From NCBI GenBank assembly GCA_024644345.1, contig JAHELE010000003.1:1288-65287 (forward strand): DNA of 64,000 nt, read 5' to 3'. Below the pieces are notes generated by a model. The model did no database searches. It was given only the letters and a program-made list of their open reading frames with translations, and was not told where the DNA came from. Source of the stretch: Actinomycetes bacterium. GTDB taxonomy: Bacteria; Actinomycetota; Actinomycetes; JAHEKZ01. Each line of letters begins with the position of its first letter. Position 1 is the stretch's first letter. The position numbers were made by a program, and so were the translations under genes. Positions 12,757 through 22,267 of this stretch are shown one piece after another.

Positions 12757-13788
12757 CTAGCCGACCTCCGCCGCAGGATGCGGCGCGAGTTGGAGCCTGC
12801 CACAGTCGCGTTCGGCGCGAACACCTCCGGGGAGGTGCACGGGGCCCTGGCCCCGCCACCTGGTCACCAAGGCATCGACGTCAGCAAGGTGAGACGCCCT
12901 GAGGTCGCCTCCCGGGACTCCTCGCTCGAGCGCTTCGGCCCGAAGCACCCGCCGCCGAACCGCCGCTGGAGCGGTCGCGAGGATCTCCGCATCGAGAGCA
13001 GGTCGCTCGGCATCATCCACACACCGGGCTGCGCGATGCACGTCCATGGCCCACTGCTCCAGGGCGGCATCGTCCTCGCGAAGAAGGTCCGCAGTTCGGG
13101 CGAGAGCTGCAACCACACCGGGGCCGAGCTCGCGTTCGACAACCGGGATCACGCGCTGTCGCACCCGCACGCGCGTGAAGGACGCGTCGTCATTGTGCGG
13201 GTCATCCCACACCGGCACGCCCTCGCCATTGCATGCCTCTCGGGTGGTGACGCGGTCAATCGTGAGCAGGGGGCGTCGATAGCGCCCTCTTACCGGGGCC
13301 ATGCCGCTGATCGATCGCGCCCCAGAGCCCCTGGCCAGACCAAGAAGCACCGACTCCGCCTGGTCGTCACGCGTATGACCCAACACCACGACCGCGGCGT
13401 CCAGCTCTGTCGCCACCTCGTCTATCGCGCCGTACCTGGCGCTGCGCGCTGCCGCTTCCGGTCCGCCTTCGACGCCCACGCGCACGGCCCGGATGACGAC
13501 CGGATCCAACGAAAGCCCGGCCAACGCGTCGGCCGCCGCTCTCGCTGTCCCTCCGGAATCTGTCTGAATCTGGTGATCCACCACGACGGCGGCCACCCGC
13601 CAGTCAGCTGTGCGCGCCTCGAAAGCGGTGGCCGCGGCGAGCGCCATCGAGTCGGCCCCACCACTGGCAGCCACGAGCACAACCGCACCGGCCGGAACGT
13701 CGGCCAGGCACTCGCGCACCGCATGCCGCACCCGCGCCACCGCGGGGGGCGGACCGGTCATGAGACCGTCGCCACCCGCGCGATCCAC
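12757..13788 (-). CDS. tilS: tRNA(Ile)-lysidine synthetase
   Basis: PP-loop '[14 protein letters not shown]', 343 aa. Sits upstream of hpt as in mycobacteria. Confidence 0.85.
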   Translation of the reverse strand: MDRAGGDGLMTGPPPAVARVRHAVRECLADVPAGAVVLVAASGGADSMALAAATAFEARTADWRVAAVVVDHQIQTDSGGTARAAADALAGLSLDPVVIRAVRVGVEGGPEAAARSARYGAIDEVATELDAAVVVLGHTRDDQAESVLLGLARGSGARSISGMAPVRGRYRRPLLTIDRVTTREACNGEGVPVWDDPHNDDASFTRVRVRQRVIPVVERELGPGVVAALARTADLLREDDAALEQWAMDVHRAARCVDDAERPALDAEILATAPAAVRRRVLRAEALERGVPGGDLRASHLADVDALVTRWRGQGPVHLPGGVRAERDCGRLQLAPHPAAEVG

Positions 13789-14804
13789 TGCTCAGGGGCA
13801 TGCAGCTCGTCACGGGAGGGAAGCTGATCGGGCGATTCCCAGACCTTGTTGAAGCCGTCCATCCCCACCTCGTCCACGACAGCCCGCACGAACGCAGCCC
13901 CATCGCGGTACTGCGCCAGCTTGGCTTCCATTCCGAGCAGGCGGCGCACAAAGGCCTCGGTGGCCTTGGGATTCGTGCGGCGTTCGGTCATGCGCTGACG
14001 GAGTACCTCAACGGTAGGGATGACGTCCGAACCGACGGTATCCATCATCACATCGGCATGTCCTTCCAGCAGCGACATCACCGCGGTGAGACGCCCGAAG
14101 AGTTCTTGGTCTTCCTCGGACATCGACTGCTCGAGCGCCTTGGCGACGTCGAGGCCGCGGAGCGCACCAACGACCGCGGCAAAGACCTGTCCCAGTCGCT
14201 TGCCAAGCTCACCTGGTTCGGCCGCTAGGCCGTCGAGTGTTGAGAGGATCTGCTCGCGCAACCACGGTCCGAGCCACGGCACGGCGGTGAACTGCACCCG
14301 GTGGGTTTCCTCGTGCAGACAGACCCAGAGACGGAAGTCAGACCCACGCACACCAATGCGCTGTTCCACGTCGACGATGTTCGGCGCGACCAGCAGGAGC
14401 TGAGGTTCAACGTCGGGCGCGGTGAAAAGTTCGTACTGCCCCAGCACACGCGAGGAAAGGAAACCGAGCGCCGCACCGATCTCGGCGCCCGCAACGCGCG
14501 ACCCGATCGCGCCCACCGCAGTGTCGCGGCGCAACCGCTTCGTCAGTGGCTCGATGACCGTGACAAAGGCGTCAGTGTTGGCGTCGACCCATCGCGACCG
14601 GTCAACGACGCGGACGCGGTCAACGGGAACATCGGCCCGAAGACCAGTCAGATCGCGCACCACGTCAACGGCGACATCGGCCCCCAGGCGCAGTTCCTCC
14701 ACTGCCTGTCGGGCACCTTCGCGACCTATCGTCGGGCCACGACCTCCGACGCGGCGCGCTACCGTGCGCGCCAGGCCCCAGTCGACCACTGATGTCTCGC
14801 TCAT
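13758..14804 (-). CDS. Zinc-dependent metalloprotease (DUF2342/Rv3626c-like)
   Basis: HExxH 'LHEETHRVQF'. ORF track gives 13758..14945. The first 47 aa are Arg-rich, so the probable start is MSETSVVDW at 14804. Confidence 0.7.
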   Translation of the reverse strand: MSETSVVDWGLARTVARRVGGRGPTIGREGARQAVEELRLGADVAVDVVRDLTGLRADVPVDRVRVVDRSRWVDANTDAFVTVIEPLTKRLRRDTAVGAIGSRVAGAEIGAALGFLSSRVLGQYELFTAPDVEPQLLLVAPNIVDVEQRIGVRGSDFRLWVCLHEETHRVQFTAVPWLGPWLREQILSTLDGLAAEPGELGKRLGQVFAAVVGALRGLDVAKALEQSMSEEDQELFGRLTAVMSLLEGHADVMMDTVGSDVIPTVEVLRQRMTERRTNPKATEAFVRRLLGMEAKLAQYRDGAAFVRAVVDEVGMDGFNKVWESPDQLPSRDELHAPEQWIARVATVS

Positions 14805-14826
14805 CGGACCACCGTACGTGTCGTCC

Positions 14827-16197
14827 TCACCGCGGCCGTGGGCACGTCGCCAGGGCCGCCGCCGCATCGTCGAGCGCCGACCGGGCCGCCTCAGTGTCGG
14901 CGACGTCGTCGGCCAGGAAGGCGAAGGCGACCAGGTCGCCGCCACAGGTGGTCACGACACCTGCTTCAGCCGAGATCCCCGTCAGGGTGCCGGTCTTGGC
15001 CCGGACCACCCCGGCACCGGCAGCGGAGGGACCAGAGGTGAAGCGGTCGGTCAGCGTCCCGTCGAATCCGGCGACGGCCAGCCCCGATAGGACCGAGACC
15101 AACCCCGGCTCGGTACCGGCCGCATGCAGCGCGTCCACGAGCGAGTGAGCAGGCACCGTGTCACCTCGAGCAAGCCCGCTCGCATCCGAGATCACGGCGT
15201 TGCCGAGGTCGACCCCCCGATCGCTTGCCGCCTGCTCGATCGCGGAAGCCGCGCCCGCGAAGCTGCCAGGTTGACCTTGGGCAACCGCCGCCATCCTTCC
15301 GAGTGCCTCGGCCAGCTGGTTGTCACTGTCACGGAGCATGCGTTCGACGAGGTCGCTCATCGGGGGCGAGACCACAGCGGCTACCGGCTGCGACCCCGTC
15401 GTCCCGGCCGGGTTCACCTCGCCGCGCACCTTGACTCCCGCATCCGACAGCAGTCCCGCGAACTGGCTGGCTGCCCCCGCCGCCGGGTCGGCCAAACGCG
15501 CCGTGCCGTCCGCGGTCACGCGCCCTTGATCGGCCATCAGCGCGGTAACCGGAGCGATCACACCCGATGTGACATACGTGGGTTCCCACGCCCTCGACTG
15601 GCTGGGCCCCGTGAACAGGCTGTCGTCGTATCCCAGCCGCACAGCGGTCACGTCGTCAGCAATCAGTACGCGTGCCGTCGCCCGGGCCAGCGCCGCCAGG
15701 GATGCGGTGGGAGCACCCCGTACCGGCTTGGTCGTCAAGGTGGCATCGCCACCGCCGACCAGCACCACCCGAGAGTTGGCAGCGTCCCAGACGGTGGACG
15801 TCTCGAGCCGGTCTTGGGGCGAGTACCCGTCGAGGGCGGCGGTCGCCGTCCACAGCTTCATCGTCGAGGCCGGAGTCGCCGGCTTGCCGCCGGCAATGTC
15901 GATCCAGGTCGAGGTGGGGTCGGCGAGCGGTGCCACCACGCCGTGCACCGATGAACCGAGGGCATCGACCTCCAACGCACGTCTGACCTGTCGCACGACT
16001 CCCGGCACGGCTGTGGCCGGCCCTGGCTCACGTGGGGGCAGCACCGCAGCATCCAGCCGCTCCGGAAGCGCCAGAGGCGGCGGTGGAGTGGGCCCGGCCG
16101 ACTCGGAGAAGATCACACCGGTGGCGTCGAGAACCACGACCAGCACGGTGACGACCGAGAGCGCCCCGATCACCCACCATCGCGCTCGAGGCATCAC
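14827..16197 (-). CDS. dacB: D-alanyl-D-alanine carboxypeptidase/endopeptidase (PBP4 family)
   Basis: Signal/TM N-terminus, 'ASTMKLWT' SxxK motif, 'SDN' and KTG motifs ('RAKTGTLTG'), 456 aa. Confidence 0.85.
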   Translation of the reverse strand: MMPRARWWVIGALSVVTVLVVVLDATGVIFSESAGPTPPPPLALPERLDAAVLPPREPGPATAVPGVVRQVRRALEVDALGSSVHGVVAPLADPTSTWIDIAGGKPATPASTMKLWTATAALDGYSPQDRLETSTVWDAANSRVVLVGGGDATLTTKPVRGAPTASLAALARATARVLIADDVTAVRLGYDDSLFTGPSQSRAWEPTYVTSGVIAPVTALMADQGRVTADGTARLADPAAGAASQFAGLLSDAGVKVRGEVNPAGTTGSQPVAAVVSPPMSDLVERMLRDSDNQLAEALGRMAAVAQGQPGSFAGAASAIEQAASDRGVDLGNAVISDASGLARGDTVPAHSLVDALHAAGTEPGLVSVLSGLAVAGFDGTLTDRFTSGPSAAGAGVVRAKTGTLTGISAEAGVVTTCGGDLVAFAFLADDVADTEAARSALDDAAAALATCPRPR

Positions 16198-16294
16198 GAC
16201 CCCCTCGCGGTGGCTGGCTTGGCGTACGGGACACTGGACGACACGCGAAAGCGACCCTAAGCCACCGCCCGAGCCACCTTACGAAGGGACCGTC

Positions 16295-16774
16295 GTGGAG
16301 TTCGACGTCTTCATCGAGATCCCGCAAGGACACCGCAACAAGTACGAGCTCGACAAGGAGTCCGGCCGGATCCGCCTGGACCGGATGCTCTTCACCTCGA
16401 CGCGGTACCCGTCCGACTACGGATTTATCGAGAACACGCTCGGCCTCGATGGTGACCCGCTCGACGCCCTTGTCCTGCTTGACGAGCCGACCTTCCCCGG
16501 CTGCGTGATCCTCTGCCGCGCCATCGGGATGTTCCGGATGACCGATGAAGCCGGGGGCGACGACAAGGTGATCTGCGTCCCGGCGCACGACCCGCGCAAG
16601 GAGCACCTCCGCGATATCCATCACATGCCCGAGTTCGACCGACTCGAGATCCAGCACTTCTTTGAGGTCTACAAAGACCTCGAACCTGGCAAGTCGGTGG
16701 AGGGCGCCACCTGGGAGGGTCGCGACGCGACCGAGCGAGAGATCCAGGCGTCCTTCAAGCGCTACGTCCCGTAG
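16295..16774 (+). CDS. ppa: Inorganic pyrophosphatase (family I)
   Basis: '[18 protein letters not shown]', '[21 protein letters not shown]'. A GTG start is preceded by a GAAGGGA RBS. The 401-aa ORF 15569..16774 is an over-extension. Confidence 0.9.
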   Translation: MEFDVFIEIPQGHRNKYELDKESGRIRLDRMLFTSTRYPSDYGFIENTLGLDGDPLDALVLLDEPTFPGCVILCRAIGMFRMTDEAGGDDKVICVPAHDPRKEHLRDIHHMPEFDRLEIQHFFEVYKDLEPGKSVEGATWEGRDATEREIQASFKRYVP

Positions 16775-16907
16775 GTCGCCGCAACGGACATGCCTTCGTC
16801 CACAGCGGATGTGGATGAAGCTGGGGATGCGCTGGGGACACACGCGGCAGGTGGTGTGGACGGCTCTGTGGATGAGAAAACCCGTTCAGATTCTTTGGGA
16901 AAACCCC

Positions 16908-16938
16908 TTGCGCAGCTTGGTCGGGTGAGCGTACAAAT
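16908..16938 (+). promoter_or_regulatory. Putative sigma-A-like promoter (TTGCGC-N18-TACAAA) in AT-richer stretch downstream of ppa
   Basis: The only AT-rich island in a 370-bp gap. The hexamers resemble TTGACA/TATAAT with 18-19 bp spacing. Would drive the transcript described in the findings. Confidence 0.35.
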
Positions 16939-17138
16939 CTCACACGACGCCGCGAGGCGCACCCGATCCAAAGGGCAACTAGCGGATCAGTTCGACGGGG
17001 CAACCTGCCGAACACGTTGGCGGGCAACCGCTGGCCGAGCCAGATCGTTGGGGCAACCCAGACGAGCTGCTCAGGGGTGCGGATTGGCGACATCGGGCTC
17101 GGCCTCGGTCGGGTCGTCGGCCCTCGGGCTGACAGCAG

Positions 17139-17171
17139 AAGGCCCCTCCAATGCCTAGTTGGAGGGGCCTT
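17139..17171. terminator. Perfect 13-bp stem / 7-nt loop hairpin (AAGGCCCCTCCAA-tgcctag-TTGGAGGGGCCTT), bidirectional intrinsic terminator between convergent genes
   Basis: Exact inverted repeat read directly, followed by the T-rich 'tctgtgtctgtgtcc' on the + side. Confidence 0.65.
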
Positions 17172-17269
17172 TCTGTGTCTGTGTCCATTGTGGGCAGGGC
17201 AGCGCTGAAACCGGTGGAACGACACGGTCGGCATCGCCCAGGACATGCCGACCAGGCGCCGCGGAAGCG

Positions 17270-18637
17270 CTAGCCCGCCCGGCGCATCAGGTCGTCGATC
17301 GACCGACCGAGGATGGCGAACTTCTCCGTGTAGCAGACTCCAGAGTTGAAGCACGGCTTTCCGTCCGAGTCTGCCTGCGAAGCGTCGCTGTACCGGTATC
17401 CGAGGTTCGTGAATGCCGCCACGATGTACTGGCGCCCGTCCTGCCCGGACAGCGCCTTCACAATCCCCGCATCGGACCCGTAGTTCTCGGTGAGCCCGGT
17501 CTTGTGCAGGAACGTGACCTCTGCTGTGTCGTTGCACGGCCGGACATCGAAGCCATAGGGGATTCCGTGCACGGTGACCGTGCCGTCGGTTGGGTCGATC
17601 CAGCGGTTGGGCACCTTGGCCGGCATCCCTTGGACGGGATAGTCGGCGCCGCACCAGTTGGGGGTGGAGAGCACCTCGTTGAACCCCTGTTGACTCAGCA
17701 AGCCCCGCAGCCACTCCTGGTATCGAGGTGCAAGAGCGCGATCAGCTATTACCTTGCGGCCCTCATCGGTCTTCCAGGCAACGCCATCGAGGCCGTTGAC
17801 CAGGAGCAGCAGGCGGGCCGTGTCGATTGCCGTCATGCTGATTTGCCCCGGGTTCCAGGTGCCACCGGCTCCAGCGTCGGTGCCCTTCACCTGCAGGGTC
17901 GCAAGCCCAAGCGATGCGAAGCGCTGGTTCATCTTCTTCATCTGGTTGAGACTATGGAGCTGCTGCAGCAGCGCACATGTCGACGTGTTGCTGGAGTACG
18001 TGATCATCTTCTCGAGCATCTGCGTCGTGGTGTTGGTGAACTCCTTGGTGTTTCCAAGGCAGGTCTTACCGTTTCGCTGCTTGTAGACGTAGTCGCGGTT
18101 GGGCTTGATCTTCCCCCGCTCGATCAACCGCAGCGTGTGGTAGGCGACGAGCAACTTAAAGGTGGACGCCGGGTAGGGAACCATGAACGGGTCTCCGCCC
18201 GCAGTACCTGGCACAAGGCGCGAACCCTTGGGCCAGGGGGCATTCCAGTCACCGTCCCAACGCGAGAGGTCCCACGCCCGCCAGTCGACTCCAACCGGTG
18301 CCAGGCCCTCGTCAAGGGTGACCACCTTGCCATCGGGGTAGTCGCGGCTGAACAGCACATTGGCGGTAGCGACCGGAGCACCCACCTCGTCCAGCTCGAT
18401 GACGGCCACGTCCAGGTTGGGCTGGTTCGCCACCTGAGGCGCCGGACCCTTCTTGGTGTCGTACTCGAAGTCGACGACCTCGTCGAACGCAGCATCCTGC
18501 ACCGCCGTGAGCAGACGCGCTGCCAACTCGTCGTCAGGAGAGACGTAGGCCGAGACATTAGTCGGGGCCAGCGTGGCCGCCACTATGGCCAGCGTTCCGG
18601 CCCCAGCCGCAGCTCGGAGGATGGACAAACGACGCAT
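17270..18637 (-). CDS. Class A beta-lactamase-like serine hydrolase (secreted) with ~150-aa N-terminal extension
   Basis: Signal peptide MRRLSILRAAAGAGTLAIVAATLAP, SxxK 'ASTFKLL', SxN 'YSSNTS', KTG 'LHKTGLTE'. Lower GC than flanking DNA. Confidence 0.7.
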   Translation of the reverse strand: MRRLSILRAAAGAGTLAIVAATLAPTNVSAYVSPDDELAARLLTAVQDAAFDEVVDFEYDTKKGPAPQVANQPNLDVAVIELDEVGAPVATANVLFSRDYPDGKVVTLDEGLAPVGVDWRAWDLSRWDGDWNAPWPKGSRLVPGTAGGDPFMVPYPASTFKLLVAYHTLRLIERGKIKPNRDYVYKQRNGKTCLGNTKEFTNTTTQMLEKMITYSSNTSTCALLQQLHSLNQMKKMNQRFASLGLATLQVKGTDAGAGGTWNPGQISMTAIDTARLLLLVNGLDGVAWKTDEGRKVIADRALAPRYQEWLRGLLSQQGFNEVLSTPNWCGADYPVQGMPAKVPNRWIDPTDGTVTVHGIPYGFDVRPCNDTAEVTFLHKTGLTENYGSDAGIVKALSGQDGRQYIVAAFTNLGYRYSDASQADSDGKPCFNSGVCYTEKFAILGRSIDDLMRRAG

Positions 18638-18685
18638 GGAAGCTCCTTGCCAGGTCAGGTTGTGCCGGTCACTGTAGGCGATCAC

Positions 18686-19111
18686 TCAGTCACGTACGAG
18701 GAAGGCGCACGACTCTACGAACTCCTCGATCTCCAGCCGCCACTCGTAGCGGCCAGGGGGCAGCGGCATCGAGCCGAAGCTGACAACGAGGGGGGCATCG
18801 AGCGGAGTGCCCTCCGGAAGTCCGGCCGGCCTCCCCACCTCCAGCTGACCCGACACCTCCACCGGCAACTCGTCAGACGTCGTCACGGCTCGCCCATCGG
18901 CGTCGACCAGCGCCAACCGCCAGTCGTGCCCCACATTCGTGCGGTCCCACGGCACCTCGATCTTGATCGCGACAGCCATCGGAGCCGTTGGCGTACCTGT
19001 AGTCGACCAGCCGCCGCCGAGGACATAGAGCTTTCCGCCCACCTGCTGGGCGGCGTCGGCCAGCATCATCGTGATCTTCACAGTGGCCATTCTGCCCCGA
19101 AGAGAGGTCAC
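18686..19111 (-). CDS. Hypothetical protein (141 aa), co-operonic between HMT-family gene and beta-lactamase-like gene
   Basis: ORF with GC3-rich codon usage and no recognisable motif. Confidence 0.4.
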   Translation of the reverse strand: MTSLRGRMATVKITMMLADAAQQVGGKLYVLGGGWSTTGTPTAPMAVAIKIEVPWDRTNVGHDWRLALVDADGRAVTTSDELPVEVSGQLEVGRPAGLPEGTPLDAPLVVSFGSMPLPPGRYEWRLEIEEFVESCAFLVRD

Positions 19112-19126
19112 TGTGTCGGTCGAACG

Positions 19127-20083
19127 TCAGGCAACTATCACGGCTTCGGCGACAGCCCGCACGTGGCGGACGTCTGTTCCACAGCATCCGCCGAGGATCG
19201 TGATGGTCGGCGCCACACGATGGACCTGCCACATCAGGTGGCCGAACTCCTCAATGTCACCGGGATCGAGGGGGTGGCCCTCCTCGGGCTCGACCAGGCC
19301 AGCGGGCGAAGCGTTGGCGCGTAGTCCTCTGATCCGTCGTCGCCATGGCGCGTCATCCCGCAGCATTCGAAGGATGTGGTGCGGGTGGGTGCAGTTGAGC
19401 ATGTAGTAGGCGGGCGCCACTACTGCCTCGCTGTCGGTGCGTTCGATCGCGTCGGCCACTGTCGTGCCGTCCGGCAGCCGTCCCTCGACGTCCGTGGTGA
19501 ACGAGATCACCGAAGGAACGTGTGCCCCGGCAGCCGCGTCGGCGATACCGATAGCCTCGGCGACGTAGTCGATCGTGAGCGCGGACACGATGTCGACTCC
19601 ACTGGCGGACAGGACGCCGACCTGCCAGGCGTGGTACTCGGCGGCCTCAGCCGCTGACATGACGGTGGCAATGTCATACCCGTCGGCGCGCGGCCCGACA
19701 TTTCCACTGATGACGAACGGAAAGCCCGCGCTCTGCTCGCGCAGCCCACGGAGAAGGTCGACGGCGTCGCGATTCAGCTCGGCGAGCCGTTCCAGGTCGT
19801 ACCCCAGTCGAGCACCCCAGTCGGGGCTGGCCCGCCAGGTGGGGGTCTCGAACACCACACCCATGCCACGCTCATTGGCCACGTCGAGGTGAGCCCGGAA
19901 ATAGTCCAGCAGCGTGGACCGCCCGTCGACCGACTCGAGCAGGGGAAACGGAGCGAAGTCCGGCAGGTCGAGCCCGTGGTTGTAGATCAGGTCGGTCTCG
20001 ATTCCGCTGTCGGTGAGAAACACCTCGTCGCGCATCTGGGGAAGACCCTTCGACGCCATGACGCCACCTCCGTCGCTCGACAT
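19127..20083 (-). CDS. Homocysteine S-methyltransferase family protein (MmuM/BHMT-like, zinc-dependent)
   Basis: C-terminal zinc motif 'ILGGCCGTDVRHV', central 'YYMLNCTHP', TIM-barrel HMT fold. Confidence 0.8.
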   Translation of the reverse strand: MSSDGGGVMASKGLPQMRDEVFLTDSGIETDLIYNHGLDLPDFAPFPLLESVDGRSTLLDYFRAHLDVANERGMGVVFETPTWRASPDWGARLGYDLERLAELNRDAVDLLRGLREQSAGFPFVISGNVGPRADGYDIATVMSAAEAAEYHAWQVGVLSASGVDIVSALTIDYVAEAIGIADAAAGAHVPSVISFTTDVEGRLPDGTTVADAIERTDSEAVVAPAYYMLNCTHPHHILRMLRDDAPWRRRIRGLRANASPAGLVEPEEGHPLDPGDIEEFGHLMWQVHRVAPTITILGGCCGTDVRHVRAVAEAVIVA

Positions 20084-20150
20084 GGGAGTGCTCGATACTG
20101 GAAACGTACCGAGACGGCGTCAACCGGCAACCAATGACGAGGAGGTGCCA

Positions 20151-20753
20151 GTGAAGCTGCTTGCCACCGCACTGGTCACTGTGCTCGCAGTCGGCGCCTG
20201 CGCGGCTCCCCAGACCGCGCAAGACCGCCCACCACAGCGCGTCAAGAAATCGGCGACGGTCAAGCCCTCGCCTACGTCATCGAAGCCCACGAGCAGTGAC
20301 ATCCGGCAGCTCGCCAAAGGGCCGGTCAGCACCGGTTGGCGCGTCAGCCGCATAGTGGACGGCGACACGGTCGACGTCACCCAGGGCAAACGCACCCTCA
20401 CGCTTCGGCTGATCGGCATCGACACTCCTGAGACCGTCCATCCCACCGAACCCATCGAGTGTTACGGCCCCGAAGCCACCGAGTTCGCTCGCAGGCGGCT
20501 TCTCGGAGAACCAGCCGCGCTTGAGTTCGACCGCTCGCAGGGTCGCCTCGACTACTACGGCCGGACGCTGGCATACCTGTGGACCACCGACGGCGCCCCC
20601 CGGCAGTTCAACCGTCAGGCCGTCCGCCGCGGCTACGCCCTCGAGTACACCTACGACGACCCGTACCTGTGGCAAGGCGAGTTCAAGCGGGCCGAGGCAC
20701 TGGCGAAGTCCGCCCGCCTGGGCGTGTGGCGGTGTCCCCGACCGGGAAGCTGA
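20151..20753 (+). CDS. Thermonuclease-like (SNase) lipoprotein
   Basis: GTG start after a GGAGG RBS, lipobox 'LAVGAC', 'VDGDTVDV..LRLIGIDTPE' staphylococcal-nuclease motifs. The 246-aa ORF from 20013 is an over-extension. Confidence 0.8.
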   Translation: MKLLATALVTVLAVGACAAPQTAQDRPPQRVKKSATVKPSPTSSKPTSSDIRQLAKGPVSTGWRVSRIVDGDTVDVTQGKRTLTLRLIGIDTPETVHPTEPIECYGPEATEFARRRLLGEPAALEFDRSQGRLDYYGRTLAYLWTTDGAPRQFNRQAVRRGYALEYTYDDPYLWQGEFKRAEALAKSARLGVWRCPRPGS

Positions 20754-20754
20754 G

Positions 20755-22173
20755 CTAGTCCCAACTGAAGCCTGGAGGAGTGGGTGAGCAGAGCTCGACA
20801 GTTCGGTCGTGCATGGCCTGCTCCTTGTCCGCGTAGGCGGGACGGCCAGCAAGGTTGTTCAGCTCCAACGGATCGTGGACGTAGTCATAGAGCTCGACAC
20901 CGGCGTCACCCGACCAGTGCACATAGAGCCAGTTCTTCAGGCGTAGCCCGCAGTAGGCCGGCTGACCTGGGATGGCAATCGCCTCAAGAACCACATCGTT
21001 GCGGAACGGTCCGAGGACGGAGGTGCCTTCGATAGGCCATGTCGGCGTCACGTTGGCGGCATCGAGAATCGTGGCCCCGACGTCGGCGTTGGCCACCAGA
21101 CGGTCACGGTCGGCAACCGGGAACCGCTTGCCCCACTTCAGGATGAGCGGGAACTCGGTCGCCCACCGGTAGGGGTTGTACTTCTCGTCGAGACGGTGCT
21201 CCCCCCACATCACCCCTTGATCGGATGTGTAGATGAAGAGGGTGTTCGGCCGACGGTCACCGATCGCCTTCAGCACGCGTGCCACCGCCTCGTCGACAGC
21301 GCGCAAGGACTCACCGCTCTTGTCCTGAGCCCGCTTGATCCAGTCTCGGTCAACCCGTGGAAGATCCTGCATGAAGGCCGGCTTGTCGCTCATGTCCTTC
21401 TCGTTCACCGCCGGGTTGTCGTAGACCTTCTCGGGTTGCCACGTCCCCTTGTGTCGCGGCGCGGGCGTCCACGGCTCATGCGCGGCAAATGGCGTGAAGT
21501 AGAGGAAGAAGGGTTGGTCGTCCGGCGAGCTCTTGATGAAGCGCACCGCTCGATCAGCGAGCACGTCAGTGGAATAGGCCTTGGGCTTGCTGCCGAACTT
21601 CTCCGTCTCGTGCGTTCCTCGAATCTGATAGTCGTAGTAGCGGCCACCGCCCTGCCCGACATCAGACCAGAGAGCCCGGAAGACGTCCCACCCATCCGGC
21701 ACAAAGCCGTCTGGTGCCTGGTTCCACAGGTTCATGTACTTGCCGACCAGGCCGGTGCGGTACCCCGCTTCGTCCAGCGCGACGGCAATTGTCTTCTGCT
21801 CGTAGCCCGAGCCGTTGAATGCTGGCCAACCACCGTACGTCGGGTTGACGTTGTTGTAGACACCCGTGGTGTGGGCGAACTGCGCGGTCAGGAGGGACGA
21901 ACGAGCCGGACAACATGCGGACGTGGGACTGAACCCGACGTACTTCAGGCCCTTCTGGATGAGCTTCTTGCGCACCGTCGGCATCGTCTGGAACATGTTG
22001 CGACGCTGGTCGTCGGACATGATCACGACGATATTCGGTGGATCAGCAGCTTTGACGCCGGCAGCGGCCGGTGCCGGTAAGGTCGCAGATCCGCTCGGCG
22101 TGGCGACCCCCAGCCCTGATGCCAACACGGCGATGGCGCCGAGGGGAGCCAGGAATCCGGTCAATCTCCGCAT
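20755..22173 (-). CDS. Sulfatase (formylglycine-dependent, secreted)
   Basis: 'SPTSACCPARSSLLT' C-x-P-x-R motif and signal peptide MRRLTGFLAPLGAIAVLASG. ORF track starts at 22425, but the upstream 84 aa are Ser/Thr-rich junk. Confidence 0.8.
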   Translation of the reverse strand: MRRLTGFLAPLGAIAVLASGLGVATPSGSATLPAPAAAGVKAADPPNIVVIMSDDQRRNMFQTMPTVRKKLIQKGLKYVGFSPTSACCPARSSLLTAQFAHTTGVYNNVNPTYGGWPAFNGSGYEQKTIAVALDEAGYRTGLVGKYMNLWNQAPDGFVPDGWDVFRALWSDVGQGGGRYYDYQIRGTHETEKFGSKPKAYSTDVLADRAVRFIKSSPDDQPFFLYFTPFAAHEPWTPAPRHKGTWQPEKVYDNPAVNEKDMSDKPAFMQDLPRVDRDWIKRAQDKSGESLRAVDEAVARVLKAIGDRRPNTLFIYTSDQGVMWGEHRLDEKYNPYRWATEFPLILKWGKRFPVADRDRLVANADVGATILDAANVTPTWPIEGTSVLGPFRNDVVLEAIAIPGQPAYCGLRLKNWLYVHWSGDAGVELYDYVHDPLELNNLAGRPAYADKEQAMHDRTVELCSPTPPGFSWD

Positions 22174-22267
22174 CACGAGCCTCCCACTCCGAACACAGCC
22201 TCTATTCACGGTCGCTGCCCTGACCGCTCCTGCCAAGTGCGGAAGGTCCTGCGGTAGGAATGGGCCC

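Noticed and set aside
15569-16774. 401-aa ORF containing ppa
   Set aside because: The upstream 240 codons run antisense across dacB. Pyrophosphatase homology begins at the GTG at 16295, which has a GAAGGGA RBS.
16755-17714. 319-aa minus-strand ORF spanning the ppa/bla-like intergenic region
   Set aside because: The product is extremely Arg/Pro-rich with no motifs. It overlaps the ppa 3' end and the terminator hairpin. It is a typical antisense or out-of-frame artefact of GC-rich DNA, and the region is better explained as non-coding.
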